Positions 9,945-20,150 of a stretch of DNA of 64,000 nucleotides are shown here, piece after piece. The notes beneath the pieces are model-generated. The model was not told the origin of the DNA and did not search any database. It saw nothing but the letters and a program-made list of their open reading frames with translations. The translations under genes were made by a program, and so were the position numbers. The stretch lies in contig CAVOGR010000001.1 of NCBI GenBank assembly GCA_963695555.1, positions 128,001 through 192,000 of the forward strand. The letters are read 5' to 3'. The DNA comes from an uncultured Gemmatimonadales bacterium (GTDB taxonomy: Bacteria > Gemmatimonadota > Gemmatimonadetes > Gemmatimonadales > GWC2-71-9). The stretch's first letter is position 1; every line of letters starts with the position of its first letter.

Positions 9945-9976
9945 CGCCCGGCGGGGCCAGGTGGTCCTGCCGGGCG
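9945..9976. terminator. GC-rich hairpin between convergent genes
   Basis: cgcccggc...gccgggcg stem. A second stem (tgccggcca/tggccggca) lies just upstream. Confidence 0.5.
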
Positions 9977-9992
9977 TGCTATGTGGTCTCGG

Positions 9993-11435
9993 TCAGGCCG
10001 CGTCGCTACCGGGCGAGATCGGCTCCGGGCCGGTCCCGTCGGCAACCCGATTCCGGCCGCGCCGCTTCGCAACGTAGCAGGCGGCGTCCGCCCGGCTGAT
10101 CAGGGTGTCCGGGCTCGCCGGGTACTGACGCGTTCCCGCAACGCCCAGGCTCAGCGAAGTCCAGATTGGCGGCTTGCCGCGCTCTTGCAGGATTGGCTCT
10201 GCCGCCACCGCAATCCGGATTCTCTCGGCGAGGGCGAGGGCATCGGCGGGGTGGCTGTGGGGGAGAAGCAGAACGAACTCCTCGCCGCCAAAGCGAAACA
10301 ACTGGTCGTGGTCGCGACTCACGATCCGAACCCGTCGCACGATCTGTTGCAGGACTCGGTCGCCGGTCTCATGGCCGTATCGGTCATTAATGGGCTTGAA
10401 CTGATCGACGTCGAAATACACCAGGGAAATTCCCATGCCGAGTCGCCGACTCCGGTCTGCTTCCCGCCGGAACACCTCGGTGAACGCTTGGCGACGATAG
10501 GCTCCCGTCAAGGTGTCGCGGAGGGCAACACTGCGTTGGCGCTCGCTCGCCCGGGCGAGCGTCGCCGTGAAGGTTCCGGTGGTCACCACCATCACAATGA
10601 ACAAGAGCCCGAGAAAGAGCCCGACTTCGGCCAATTGAGCTGACATCGGCCGCCCGCGCACGGTGACGGCATCGGGTGCGAAGGTTAGTGTGTCGGCTAT
10701 CATGAAGATGCCCTGCAGCACCAGACCGGTCATGATCACGACAATGGCGAGCACAACGAACATGCTCCGCCGATAGTCCGGTTCGTGGTGGGGCGGCTGA
10801 TGGAATTGCTGGTCGAGCCACCGCCGGATCGGCCCACCACCCCAGTGCAGCGCCGGGATCAGGGCACTGATCAACAGAAAATCCCCAAACACCCATCCCT
10901 GCCAAATGCGTTGGCCTTCGACGAGATCGAGGCCATGTACGTTGTTCCAGATCAGCGCTGCCAGCGAGGAGGCGGTCGGGGCAATGAGAGCGAGCAGAAG
11001 GTAGGCCCCGATATCGTTGGCACGTTCGAGATCCGGGTGTACGTCGAGTGTAACCATCGATCCCCAGAGGACCAGAACCTCAACCGGAGTACTCAGAGCG
11101 AACAGCGCGCTGGTACTGAGCGGCATCCCGCTACTCAGCGCGCTGGCCAGGGTGGCGACGTAGGCCGGCACGGCTCCCCAGGTCGGGCCCAGCCACAAGG
11201 CAAGCGGCACGACGAAGAGGACGGGAGGATAGAAGGTCAGGCCGAGGGTGATGCCGCCGATGGAAATCGGCATGCCGCTCCAGTCGAACTTCGCCTCGAG
11301 CAGTGCCGACAGAATGGCCAGCGCGGAGATGCCAAGCCAGAGCGCGAGCACCCGCTGCATGCCGGCGCTCCGTCTGACGTCGCGCAGGTACCGGACCGGC
11401 CACCAGCTCGGGCCGCGATAGAAACGCGACATCAC
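9993..11435 (-). CDS. Membrane-bound diguanylate cyclase (MASE1-like TM domain + GGDEF)
   Basis: About 8 TM segments, DVDQFKPINDRYGH, RDHD I-site, GGEEF. Confidence 0.9.
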   Translation of the reverse strand: MMSRFYRGPSWWPVRYLRDVRRSAGMQRVLALWLGISALAILSALLEAKFDWSGMPISIGGITLGLTFYPPVLFVVPLALWLGPTWGAVPAYVATLASALSSGMPLSTSALFALSTPVEVLVLWGSMVTLDVHPDLERANDIGAYLLLALIAPTASSLAALIWNNVHGLDLVEGQRIWQGWVFGDFLLISALIPALHWGGGPIRRWLDQQFHQPPHHEPDYRRSMFVVLAIVVIMTGLVLQGIFMIADTLTFAPDAVTVRGRPMSAQLAEVGLFLGLLFIVMVVTTGTFTATLARASERQRSVALRDTLTGAYRRQAFTEVFRREADRSRRLGMGISLVYFDVDQFKPINDRYGHETGDRVLQQIVRRVRIVSRDHDQLFRFGGEEFVLLLPHSHPADALALAERIRIAVAAEPILQERGKPPIWTSLSLGVAGTRQYPASPDTLISRADAACYVAKRRGRNRVADGTGPEPISPGSDAA

Positions 11436-12907
11436 GGTCCGGGCTCACCCGCTCGCAAGACGTCGTCCGACCTGGCACTGGCTCGGGGGGGTGTGGCCTG
11501 GGTCTGATCGCGCTCGACGCGGTTCCGTCCGCGCTGTTTGGCGAGATAGCAGGCGGCGTCAGCGCGCAGAATGAGGCTCTCGGGTTGCACGGGATAGTCG
11601 GTGCTTCCGGCGACCCCGAGACTCACCGTAATGGGTATGGGGCCGGATGCATCGCGGAGAGCCAGCGGATCCGCGGCGATGGAGGTTCGAATCCGTTCGG
11701 CCACGCCGGCGGCACTGTCGGGATCGGTATGGGGCAGCAGCAGCAGGAATTCTTCACCGCCCCATCGAAACACGAGGTCCTCGTCTCGGCTTGCCTTCTG
11801 GATCCGTCGGGTCAGATGGCGGAGCATCTCGTCGCCCGCGTCGTGACCGTAGGTATCGTTGACGGCTTTGAACCTGTCGATGTCGAGCCCGATGATGGAA
11901 ATTCCGCGGCCGAGTCGCCGACTGCGATCGGCCTCGCGCTGGAACAGGTCGTAGAAGGCACGACGGTTGTAACACCCGGTGAGCCCATCACGCACGGCGA
12001 CACTTTGTTCGCGTTCGCCAAGGCGCGCGAGGGCGCTCGCGAAGATGCCCGTCGTGGCGAGGATCGCGGCGAGCAAGAGGAACAGGAAGATACCGATTTG
12101 TGCCAACAGGGGTGTCACCAATTGCCCATCCGTCGTGATGGCATCCGCAGGGATATCCTCGATGACCATCACGGCTCCCTGGACCACCACGGCGACCATC
12201 ATGCACACGACGGCAACCACGAGCTGAACGCTGCGGGTGTAGCCGAGAGCCCGGCGAGGCGGGCTATGAAACTGGAGGTCGAACCATAGCCGGGCTGGGC
12301 GTCCCACCCAGCGCAACACCGGGGTCACGATGAGGCCGATCTGAAGCAGCCCGCCGATCACCCATCCGCGCCACACGCGTTGCCCTGCTGCCAGGTCGAG
12401 CCGGTGGGCGTTGTTCCACGCGAGCACGGCCAGCGATGAAGCCGTGAGTGCGACGAGGCCCGCGAGCAGGAACCGGCCCACATCTCTCGCCCGCGGGAGA
12501 TCGGGATGGACCTGGAGCGTGACCATCGAACCCCAGATCACGAGCACGGTGATGGGGCCGCCGAGGGCGAAGAGTCCGCTCGTCGGCCAGGAGAGCCCGC
12601 TGTAGCGTGCGACGAAGAGAGCAGCAAGGAACGCCGGGATCGCGCCCCACCCCGGGCCGAGCCACACTGCGAGCAGCACGGTGATGAGGAGCGGCGGGTA
12701 AATGGTGACGTCGTAGGTGAGGGTCCCAAGACGGACGGGAACCCCTGTCCAGCGCAGCGTGACCGAGAGGATGCCGGTCACGATGGCGAGGACCGTCAGT
12801 ACCCCCCACCAGACGGCAATGCGACGCATGCCGCTGGTCAGGGCCCCATCGAAGAGAGTGGAGAGCGGCCACCACGAAGGTGCGTGGTGGCCCTCGCTCC
12901 CGATCAC
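11432..12907 (-). CDS. Membrane-bound diguanylate cyclase, paralog of the downstream gene
   Basis: Same TM domain (YPP..WLGP.WGA.PA), DIDRFKAVNDTYGH, RDED I-site, GGEEF. Confidence 0.9.
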   Translation of the reverse strand: MIGSEGHHAPSWWPLSTLFDGALTSGMRRIAVWWGVLTVLAIVTGILSVTLRWTGVPVRLGTLTYDVTIYPPLLITVLLAVWLGPGWGAIPAFLAALFVARYSGLSWPTSGLFALGGPITVLVIWGSMVTLQVHPDLPRARDVGRFLLAGLVALTASSLAVLAWNNAHRLDLAAGQRVWRGWVIGGLLQIGLIVTPVLRWVGRPARLWFDLQFHSPPRRALGYTRSVQLVVAVVCMMVAVVVQGAVMVIEDIPADAITTDGQLVTPLLAQIGIFLFLLLAAILATTGIFASALARLGEREQSVAVRDGLTGCYNRRAFYDLFQREADRSRRLGRGISIIGLDIDRFKAVNDTYGHDAGDEMLRHLTRRIQKASRDEDLVFRWGGEEFLLLLPHTDPDSAAGVAERIRTSIAADPLALRDASGPIPITVSLGVAGSTDYPVQPESLILRADAACYLAKQRGRNRVERDQTQATPPRASARSDDVLRAGEPGP

Positions 12908-12940
12908 AGTGCTGGGCGGTGGGCTAACTCCACGGGCGTG

Positions 12941-13378
12941 CTATTTTTTCCGCCGCCGAATGAGCCGCTCACTGGCCGCGGCGGCTGCGGCCGCCACGCC
13001 CGCGGCCACCGCGGTCTTGCCCGCTGTCTGCAAGACGGCCCCTGTTTCCTGTAAGGCGCGCTTGACCTTCCGCTTCCGGGCGGCCCGCTTGACCTGGGAC
13101 CGGACCTTCTTGCCGCGCTTGACGGCCTTTCGCGCGAGCGCCTTTGTGGTGCGCCGCGCCTTCTTCTTGCCGCGACTCAATACTGTCCGTGCCTGTTTCC
13201 CGGCGGCTTTGGCCCGGCGAGCGGCGGCCCGTTTGGTCTTGGTCCCCGCCTTCTTGGCCTTGGAGCGAGCACGTGAGACTGCGCGTTTGACGGTCTTTCT
13301 GGTCTTGGAGGCGGCCTTTCCCGCCCGGCGCGCGAGTTTCTTCCTGGTGCGCTTGAGATTGGGCTTCTTGGCAGCCAT
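12941..13378 (-). CDS. Histone H1-like Lys/Arg/Ala-rich basic protein
   Basis: MAAKKPNLKRTRKK..., almost no acidic residues. AGGAG RBS upstream. Confidence 0.75.
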   Translation of the reverse strand: MAAKKPNLKRTRKKLARRAGKAASKTRKTVKRAVSRARSKAKKAGTKTKRAAARRAKAAGKQARTVLSRGKKKARRTTKALARKAVKRGKKVRSQVKRAARKRKVKRALQETGAVLQTAGKTAVAAGVAAAAAAASERLIRRRKK

Positions 13379-13590
13379 AGGAATGCTCCTGTGAGGAGGT
13401 GACGTGCACAACTGGATCCGCGGTATTCAAATATGCCATATCAACAGGGCAATGGGAACGTCATCCCGATGGTCTCTGGCGAACCCAGCGTTGATCACAC
13501 TCCTCATACTGTCATTCGTCGGGCGTTCATCGCTCTCCGGCTTTGGTCGACTGCCCCGTGGGAGAAGACAGGTCAGTTCGTTGCGTGAGA

Positions 13591-14430
13591 TCAGGTCCCC
13601 GGCTGGCCGACTAAGAGCAGCGCCCCCGGAAAGGCCGAGGCCACTTCCTCGATTTCATCAGGAGAGAATTGCTCGGCGCTCACGACCAGGATGCCGGCGC
13701 TGATTCCGTGAGCCATCGCGGCCACTCGAGATGGGCTGTCCTGGCGCACGTGGTAGGGGCGCAACTCCACGGCCTCGTGCTCGGCTCGGTCCAGCAACTC
13801 CTGCGGCAGGTCGGCGCTCGCGCCGGCGGTGATGATCGCGAGTGGCTGGGCACTCCGGCGGGCGACGCCAAGCGCAATCGTGAGGGCTCGACGGCCGGCC
13901 GCCGAGTCATTGAAGAGGAGTGCGACGGGCGACGCCAGGCGCACGCGTTGGCTGATCACGAATACCAGGCCACGCCGCCCCCCGGCGAGTGCCCGCGCCG
14001 TCGATCCGAGTCCCGATCGGCCTGTCCGCGCGCGCTCGCCCCGACCGATGGCCACCACATCCGTTTCGCCCAGGGCGGTGCGCAATGCCGTGACCACGTT
14101 GCCCTGCACGGTTCGAAAGCTGGCGCGCACGCGTCTGCGGTCCGCCGCCTGTCGAAGATGCGCGTGGGCCCGGTCGGCCAGGGCTTGGAGCTGGCGCTCA
14201 ACGTCGGGTCGGGTCGATTTGCGGAACTCACCACTCACGTGCCCCACCTCGACGGCGAATGGCAACGATGCCCAGCGAAGCAGGTTGATGTCCTCAACGA
14301 ACACACCTTCCACTTCGGCGCCCCACTGGGCGGCCAGATCGAGGGCAGCCTCCAGGGCCGCCAAGCTGGAAGCCGAGGCGTCGAGCGCCACAGTGATGCG
14401 GCGGATCACCTCGGGTGGGTGCGTTGTCAT
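13591..14430 (-). CDS. Universal stress protein (two-domain)
   Basis: RRITVALDAS..S.AALE.A and GLGSTAR motifs. ATGA overlap with the Lon gene. Confidence 0.88.
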   Translation of the reverse strand: MTTHPPEVIRRITVALDASASSLAALEAALDLAAQWGAEVEGVFVEDINLLRWASLPFAVEVGHVSGEFRKSTRPDVERQLQALADRAHAHLRQAADRRRVRASFRTVQGNVVTALRTALGETDVVAIGRGERARTGRSGLGSTARALAGGRRGLVFVISQRVRLASPVALLFNDSAAGRRALTIALGVARRSAQPLAIITAGASADLPQELLDRAEHEAVELRPYHVRQDSPSRVAAMAHGISAGILVVSAEQFSPDEIEEVASAFPGALLLVGQPGT

Positions 14431-16868
14431 GCCTCGTCCTTGGCCACGGGGGCGGAGGCGAGGGCAGGGACGTTGAAGTCTTTGCGAACCTGGGCGAAAC
14501 TGGCCAGACGTGCCTCGACCAATGCGTTCACCGTTCCAGCCGGGTAGGGGCCGTCCTTGATGCTCCGCTCTCCGGCCTCCTGATTGGTCAGCAGCTCAAT
14601 GGCCTGATCGACTTCGTCGACAGGGTAGATATGAAAGCGGCCTTGGGCGATTGCGTCCCGCACTTCCTGGCGCAGGACCAGGTTCTCCACGTTGGCCGTG
14701 GGTAGGAGGACGCCCTCGGCTCCGGTCAGCCCGCGTTGGCGGCAGATATCGAAGAATCCCTCGATCTTCTCCGTGACACCGCCGACGGCCTGGACCTGGC
14801 CGCGCTGGTTGACCGAGCCGGTTACGGCGAGCGATTGCCTGATCGGGACTTCGGCAATGGCGGAGATGAGCGCAATCAATTCCGCGAGTGAGGCGCTATC
14901 TCCTTCGACCCCGGCGTAGGTCTGCTCGAACACCAGGCTGGCCGCGAGAGACAGCGGTTTGTCCGGCGAATATCGCGCTCCGAGGTAAGCCCCGAGAATC
15001 AGGACTCCTTTGGAGTGGATTGGGCCGCCAAGCTCCACCTCCCGCTCGATATCGACAACGTTGCCCTGGCCCAGCCGTACCCGTGCGGTGATGCGACTGG
15101 GATGCCCGAAGGCGAAATTCCCGAATGAAATGACCGAGATCCCGTTGACCTGCCCGACCACGGCAGTCGTCGTATCGATCATGATCCGGCCGCGACTGAT
15201 TTCCTCCTGGAATCGGTCGCGCAGCCGGTCCGCGCGGTACACACGGTCTTGGATGGCCCGGTCGACATGCGCCTCCGTCACGACCTTTGCCCCATCCTGG
15301 CCCGCCAGGTAGTTGGCCTCGCGCAGCACGTCGACGATCGTGGCGATTTGGAGTGTGAGTTTCCGCCGATCGCCGGCGATCCGGGCACTGTGCTCGGTCA
15401 GACGGCCGATGCCGGAGCCGTCCAGTGGCATGAGCGACTTCTCCCGCACCAGCTTGGCGACGAGTTGTACGTAGTGGCGTAGGTTGTCCTCGGTCCGGTC
15501 CATGCGGTCGTCGAAGTCCGCACCGACCTTGAACAGCTCCTCAAAGTCCGGATCGTGTTGACAGAGCAAGTAGTACAGCATCGGACTCCCCGTGAGGATT
15601 ACCAGGACCTGGAGCGCCATGGGCTCTGGCTCGAGGGTCACGGAACTCACGAGGCTGAGTGCCTGACCCAGGGACTCGATGCGGAGGCGGTGGGACTGTA
15701 ATGCTCGCTTCAGGCCCTCCCACGCAAAGGTGTTGCCCAGCAGTTTGTGGGCTTCGAGCATGAGGTAGCCGCCGTTCGCGCGGTGCAGCGCTCCGGCTTT
15801 GATCAAGGTGAAATCCGTCACGAGGGCGCCCAACTGTGCCAGATGCTCGATCCGCCCGATCAGGTTGTCGTAGGTCGGGTTGTCTTCGTGGACAATGGGC
15901 GCCCCGTCGGTTTCGGCATGGTCTACCAGCAAGTTGACCTGGAATCGCTTCAGCATGGTGGTGCTGTCCGGGCGCCCCGCGCCCTCGCCGAGGAGCGCGG
16001 ACAGGCCGGTTTGCTCCGGCTCGGCCAAGTCCTTCGCGTTTTCGATCACATCTGTTCGAACAGCCTCGAGATATTCGACGACGTGGGGAAGTTGCTCGTA
16101 CTTCTTTCTTGTCTCGTCCATCAGGTGCCCCACGGCGAGGCTTGTGACCTCCCGCATGAGGTCACGGAGCCGTTCTCGTCGCTCACGATTCAGTTTTGGG
16201 ATTTGGCGGAGCGTTCGCTGCACCTCATCCTGATAGGCATTCATCCGCTCTTTGAGGCGTTCCTGTTCCTCCTTGGGCAGTTGCTCGAATTCTTCCCCGG
16301 AAATCACTTCTCCCTCGCGGAGGGGTGCAAAGGCAAGCCCCACCGGTGTCCGAAGCAGCGCCAGGCCCTCCGCCTTGGCCCGATCCGCGATTGCGCGCAG
16401 GTCACGATCCGGTCGCTCTTTGAACTCGTCGTTGATGACCTGCTGGCGAGTGTGGTATTCCTCGCTGTCGAGCGCGGTCCTCAGGGCAGTCAGTAGTTCC
16501 TCGACGAGCTGCGCCATGGTGTGCCTGAATTCCGCGCCGGTCCCGCTGGGCAGGGCAATGAGCCTCGGACGATGCTGATCTTCGAAATTGTGCACGTAGC
16601 AGAGGTCTGATGGAGAGGGCCGGGAGGTGGCCGTCTTGCTGAGATACTCTCGAATCAGGGACTCCTTGCCGGTCCCTGGGAGCCCAAAGGCGAAGATGTT
16701 GTATCCGTCCTCCACCATCCCAACGCCGAGTTCGATGGCAGCCACGGCTCGCGGCTGGCCGACGGCTCCATCCAAGTCCTCGATGTCATCCGTGGTGGTG
16801 AAATGGGCGGCGTCGAGCGGGGGATGAAACTCGAGATCCTCCACCGCGAGTTCCCGTATCGTCTTCAC
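14427..16868 (-). CDS. Lon-like protease (LonB/LonC type, AAA + S16 domain)
   Basis: GLPGTGK, GALHRANGG, GDSAS catalytic Ser and GGVTEKIEGF Lys. GGAGG precedes the GTG at 16868. Confidence 0.92.
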   Translation of the reverse strand: MKTIRELAVEDLEFHPPLDAAHFTTTDDIEDLDGAVGQPRAVAAIELGVGMVEDGYNIFAFGLPGTGKESLIREYLSKTATSRPSPSDLCYVHNFEDQHRPRLIALPSGTGAEFRHTMAQLVEELLTALRTALDSEEYHTRQQVINDEFKERPDRDLRAIADRAKAEGLALLRTPVGLAFAPLREGEVISGEEFEQLPKEEQERLKERMNAYQDEVQRTLRQIPKLNRERRERLRDLMREVTSLAVGHLMDETRKKYEQLPHVVEYLEAVRTDVIENAKDLAEPEQTGLSALLGEGAGRPDSTTMLKRFQVNLLVDHAETDGAPIVHEDNPTYDNLIGRIEHLAQLGALVTDFTLIKAGALHRANGGYLMLEAHKLLGNTFAWEGLKRALQSHRLRIESLGQALSLVSSVTLEPEPMALQVLVILTGSPMLYYLLCQHDPDFEELFKVGADFDDRMDRTEDNLRHYVQLVAKLVREKSLMPLDGSGIGRLTEHSARIAGDRRKLTLQIATIVDVLREANYLAGQDGAKVVTEAHVDRAIQDRVYRADRLRDRFQEEISRGRIMIDTTTAVVGQVNGISVISFGNFAFGHPSRITARVRLGQGNVVDIEREVELGGPIHSKGVLILGAYLGARYSPDKPLSLAASLVFEQTYAGVEGDSASLAELIALISAIAEVPIRQSLAVTGSVNQRGQVQAVGGVTEKIEGFFDICRQRGLTGAEGVLLPTANVENLVLRQEVRDAIAQGRFHIYPVDEVDQAIELLTNQEAGERSIKDGPYPAGTVNALVEARLASFAQVRKDFNVPALASAPVAKDEA

Positions 16869-16914
16869 GCGTTGGTTCCTCCGGGTGTGCACGCCGGTCA
16901 GGGCGGGTCCGGCG

Positions 16915-17382
16915 CTAAACCTTGGACGCGATCTTCAGGACCGAGGGCTGCACCAAGCGGGCGAAGTCGCGGTATGGTAACTGCACCAATTCGGTAAAGG
17001 ACCCTGCGTTGAAGGCGATCTTCTCGTCCTCAGCCAGACTTTCCGCAACGAAGGTCTCGACCCCGAACAGATTGCCAAACGGCGGCATGGCGCCCACCTC
17101 GCAATCGGGGAATTCCTCGAGCATCTCATACTCGGTCGCCAACTCCACGGTCCGTGCCCCGGTGGCCAGGCGTAGGAGATCGAAATCCACTTGGTAGGAA
17201 GCCGGGAGCACGACCAAGGCTGGCTGTTCGTCCAGCTTGACCACCACCGTCTTGGCCAGCTCCTTGCCTGGGATGTGGGCTGAAGCGGCGATTTCCTGAG
17301 CCGTATAGGCCGGCGAGTGGCTGAGGGTGACGTACTTGACGGCGTGGCTGTCCAGGAACTCCTTGAGCTTCTCGAGCGGCAT
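16915..17382 (-). CDS. YbaK/EbsC family aminoacyl-tRNA deacylase
   Basis: LAKTVV, GAMPPFG and FNAG motifs. GGAGG RBS. Confidence 0.92.
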   Translation of the reverse strand: MPLEKLKEFLDSHAVKYVTLSHSPAYTAQEIAASAHIPGKELAKTVVVKLDEQPALVVLPASYQVDFDLLRLATGARTVELATEYEMLEEFPDCEVGAMPPFGNLFGVETFVAESLAEDEKIAFNAGSFTELVQLPYRDFARLVQPSVLKIASKV

Positions 17383-17579
17383 GGCTGCCTCCTTCCGTGG
17401 CCCGATCCCCTAAATACTCTCGGTGCCCTAAAGGAAGAGTGAACGCTGACTGAAGGCTTGGGAAGGGGGTCGCCAGGCGGAATCAGGTTCGTGATTGACA
17501 CGGACCGGTGGCGGGGTCATCATCGGCGCAGGGCCCCTTCGTCCCTCCACGCACCTTTTCCGTTTTGGATGCTACCCTT

Positions 17580-18605
17580 ATGTCGACGTTGTCGGCCGAA
17601 CAATCCCGACTCACCACCATTTCCCTCGTGATTCTCGCTGCCGCGGCCATCACGGCCGCGCTGGCCTACACCCGTGCGGTCATGGTGCCGTTCGTCCTGG
17701 CCATCTTCCTGGCCTATCTCCTCGCCCCCCTCGTCGAGCTCCTCCAGAACCGGCTTCGGGCGCCACGTGCGTTGGCCATCTTCTGCGCATTACTCGTGGC
17801 CGGCGGATTGCTCACCCTGCTCGGCGTGCTCATCACCACCTCGACGAAGGGACTGCTGGAATCGGCGGACATCTACCGCGACCGCCTGGCCCAATGGGCG
17901 GAGCAGGGCTTGGTATTCCTCGAGCGACTCGGTGTCGACACCGCCGGCATCACGGTGCCGGAGACCATCCAGCGGCTACCCGTGTCGCGCCTCGTGCAGG
18001 GTGTGGCCGAAACGGCACTGGGGCTGTTCACGTCCGGGGGGCTCGTGCTGATCTTCCTCATTTACTTGCTGAGCGGCAGGCGCCGGGCGGGACAACGATC
18101 AGAGGTGTCTGCGGAAATCGACAAGTCGGTTCGGCGCTATATCGTTCTCAAGGTCGGCACCTCCGCTGCGACGGGCATTCTGGTCGGTATAATTCTGAGC
18201 CTGTTTGGGCTCGATCTGGCGGTGGTGTTCGGGATACTGGCGTTCTTCCTCAACTTCATCCCCTCCATCGGTTCCATTATCGCCACCCTTCTGCCCATCC
18301 CCATTGCCATCATCCAGTTCGATAGCGTATGGCCGATCCTTGGGGTCTTCGCTTTTCCCGGGCTCGTCCAAATGGCGATCGGCAACGGCCTCGAACCGGT
18401 CATCATGGGGCGTCGTCTCGATCTCCATCCGATCACAGTGCTGCTCGCCCTACTCTTTTGGGGACTCCTGTGGGGTGTCGTGGGGATGCTGCTGGCGGCG
18501 CCGATGACCGCGGTCGTTCGGATCGTGCTTGACCGGGTGGAGACGACCCGTCCCATGGCCGATCTCCTCGCGGGACGCCTCCCGTGGGATCCGGAGCCGG
18601 CGTGA
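17580..18605 (+). CDS. AI-2E family transporter
   Basis: LNFIPSIGS, LEPVIMG..LDLHP and WGVVGMLLAAP motifs. Start uncertain (17508 or 17580). Confidence 0.9.
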   Translation: MSTLSAEQSRLTTISLVILAAAAITAALAYTRAVMVPFVLAIFLAYLLAPLVELLQNRLRAPRALAIFCALLVAGGLLTLLGVLITTSTKGLLESADIYRDRLAQWAEQGLVFLERLGVDTAGITVPETIQRLPVSRLVQGVAETALGLFTSGGLVLIFLIYLLSGRRRAGQRSEVSAEIDKSVRRYIVLKVGTSAATGILVGIILSLFGLDLAVVFGILAFFLNFIPSIGSIIATLLPIPIAIIQFDSVWPILGVFAFPGLVQMAIGNGLEPVIMGRRLDLHPITVLLALLFWGLLWGVVGMLLAAPMTAVVRIVLDRVETTRPMADLLAGRLPWDPEPA

Positions 18606-18735
18606 TTCAGCCGGTACTGATGTCGTTGCCCGCGCGGTGTGAGGACTTCATGAAGAAGACATCAGGCGAATGCTTACCATTGGGTCATGCTGTCTGGCTA
18701 GGTTGGTGGCGGTGGTCGGATCTAACGGAGTCGAC

Positions 18736-19188
18736 ATGACCTGGCTGCTTCCGTTGTGGCGCGTCGGGTGCCGCGCCGGCGCTCCTTGGACCATCGTGCT
18801 CGTCTCCGTGGGACTGCTCGGTGGCGTGCACGCATCGCCGTTGTTTGGGCAGAAACGGGCCGTCGCGATTCCCGAGGGTGTCACTGACTCCACCATTGCC
18901 GTGGGTCGAGAGCTGTTCCATGGGATGGCCGACTGCTCGGGATGCCATGCTCACGACGGGACGGGCACCCAGGCCGGCCCCGATCTCACCGATGCGGCCT
19001 GGCTGCACGGTGACGGCTCGTACGGGATGGTCGTGAAGCTGGTCACCCACGGGGTGACCCGATTCGAGTCGACCAAGGGCCGCCCGATGCCGATGCGTGG
19101 CTGGGTTCCGATCGATGATGGCGAGGTCCGGGCGGTGGCGGCCTATGTCTGGTCACTCGGCACGGGGCGCCGCGGCGGAGTCGAGTGA
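18736..19188 (+). CDS. Monoheme c-type cytochrome
   Basis: CSGCH, GPDL.D..WLHG and MP axial ligand motifs. Signal peptide, GGAG RBS. Confidence 0.88.
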   Translation: MTWLLPLWRVGCRAGAPWTIVLVSVGLLGGVHASPLFGQKRAVAIPEGVTDSTIAVGRELFHGMADCSGCHAHDGTGTQAGPDLTDAAWLHGDGSYGMVVKLVTHGVTRFESTKGRPMPMRGWVPIDDGEVRAVAAYVWSLGTGRRGGVE

Positions 19189-19234
19189 CCGGTGACGGCC
19201 GCTCGGCACGACTAGTTGATCACGGTAAGGGAGT

Positions 19235-20029
19235 TTAGCCGTGCCGCCGCCGCGGTGGCCACGGGATGAACGCGCTCGTTGCCTGTAAGTAGTCGCGATA
19301 ACCGGGCTTGGTTTCGGTCAGGGTCTTCTCGAGAAGCGCAACGCCCGAGATCTTGAGCAACAGGATGGTCATGAGGATCGGACTCACGATGGTCCACCAC
19401 GACCCGGGGTTGGCAGCCGCCATCAGAAAGAAGCCCCACCAGACCATTGCGTCGCCGAAGTAGTTGGGATGCCGGGTGTAACGCCACAGGCCCCGGTCCA
19501 AGATCTTTCCCCGATTTGCGGGATCGGCTTTGAAACGCGATAGCTGCCAGTCGCCTACGGTCTCGAAGAACAGGCCGATAGCGAACGCTAGGATGGCGGC
19601 TATATCGAGCGCGGTGAGATGCTCCGGTCCTGGCTGGCGGAATACTTCGAAGAGAGGGAAGGCGACGATCCACAGAATGACTGCCTGGAGCCAAAAGACG
19701 GTCACGAGGCTGACCCACGCAAAGCGCGTCCCGTGGGAAGCTCGCATTGCCTGATAGCGGTAGTCTTCCGGGGTGCCCCATTTCCGGCGGAGGAGGTAGA
19801 GCGACAACCGAAGGCCCCAGACAGTGACCATGGTCAGCAGGACGATCTGCCGCGGGGTCTGCGCGCCCAAGCCGAGCGCATAGATACTCGCGAGCACGAT
19901 GAAGCCGAGGCCCCAGGCGATATCGATGATGCTGACATCGCGCAATGCGAGGCTCAGAAGCCAGATGATAATACCGAGACTCAGGATGCTGAGTAAGCCA
20001 AACAAGGCTATGAACAAGGCATGGGGCAT
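19235..20029 (-). CDS. DUF1295 / steroid 5-alpha-reductase-like membrane protein
   Basis: IDIAW, WGLRL, EDYRY and GLWRYTRHPNYFGD motifs. Confidence 0.92.
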   Translation of the reverse strand: MPHALFIALFGLLSILSLGIIIWLLSLALRDVSIIDIAWGLGFIVLASIYALGLGAQTPRQIVLLTMVTVWGLRLSLYLLRRKWGTPEDYRYQAMRASHGTRFAWVSLVTVFWLQAVILWIVAFPLFEVFRQPGPEHLTALDIAAILAFAIGLFFETVGDWQLSRFKADPANRGKILDRGLWRYTRHPNYFGDAMVWWGFFLMAAANPGSWWTIVSPILMTILLLKISGVALLEKTLTETKPGYRDYLQATSAFIPWPPRRRHG

Positions 20030-20150
20030 ATGGTCCTACCGGCTAGTGGAACACCGCTCTGCTGGAGGCGGTGCGGCCTCTCCGTCTCGGTTAGCTGATT
20101 CCTTCTTATTCACTCACCGTCCAGTCGCACTCAGGAGTCGGTAGAGCCCC

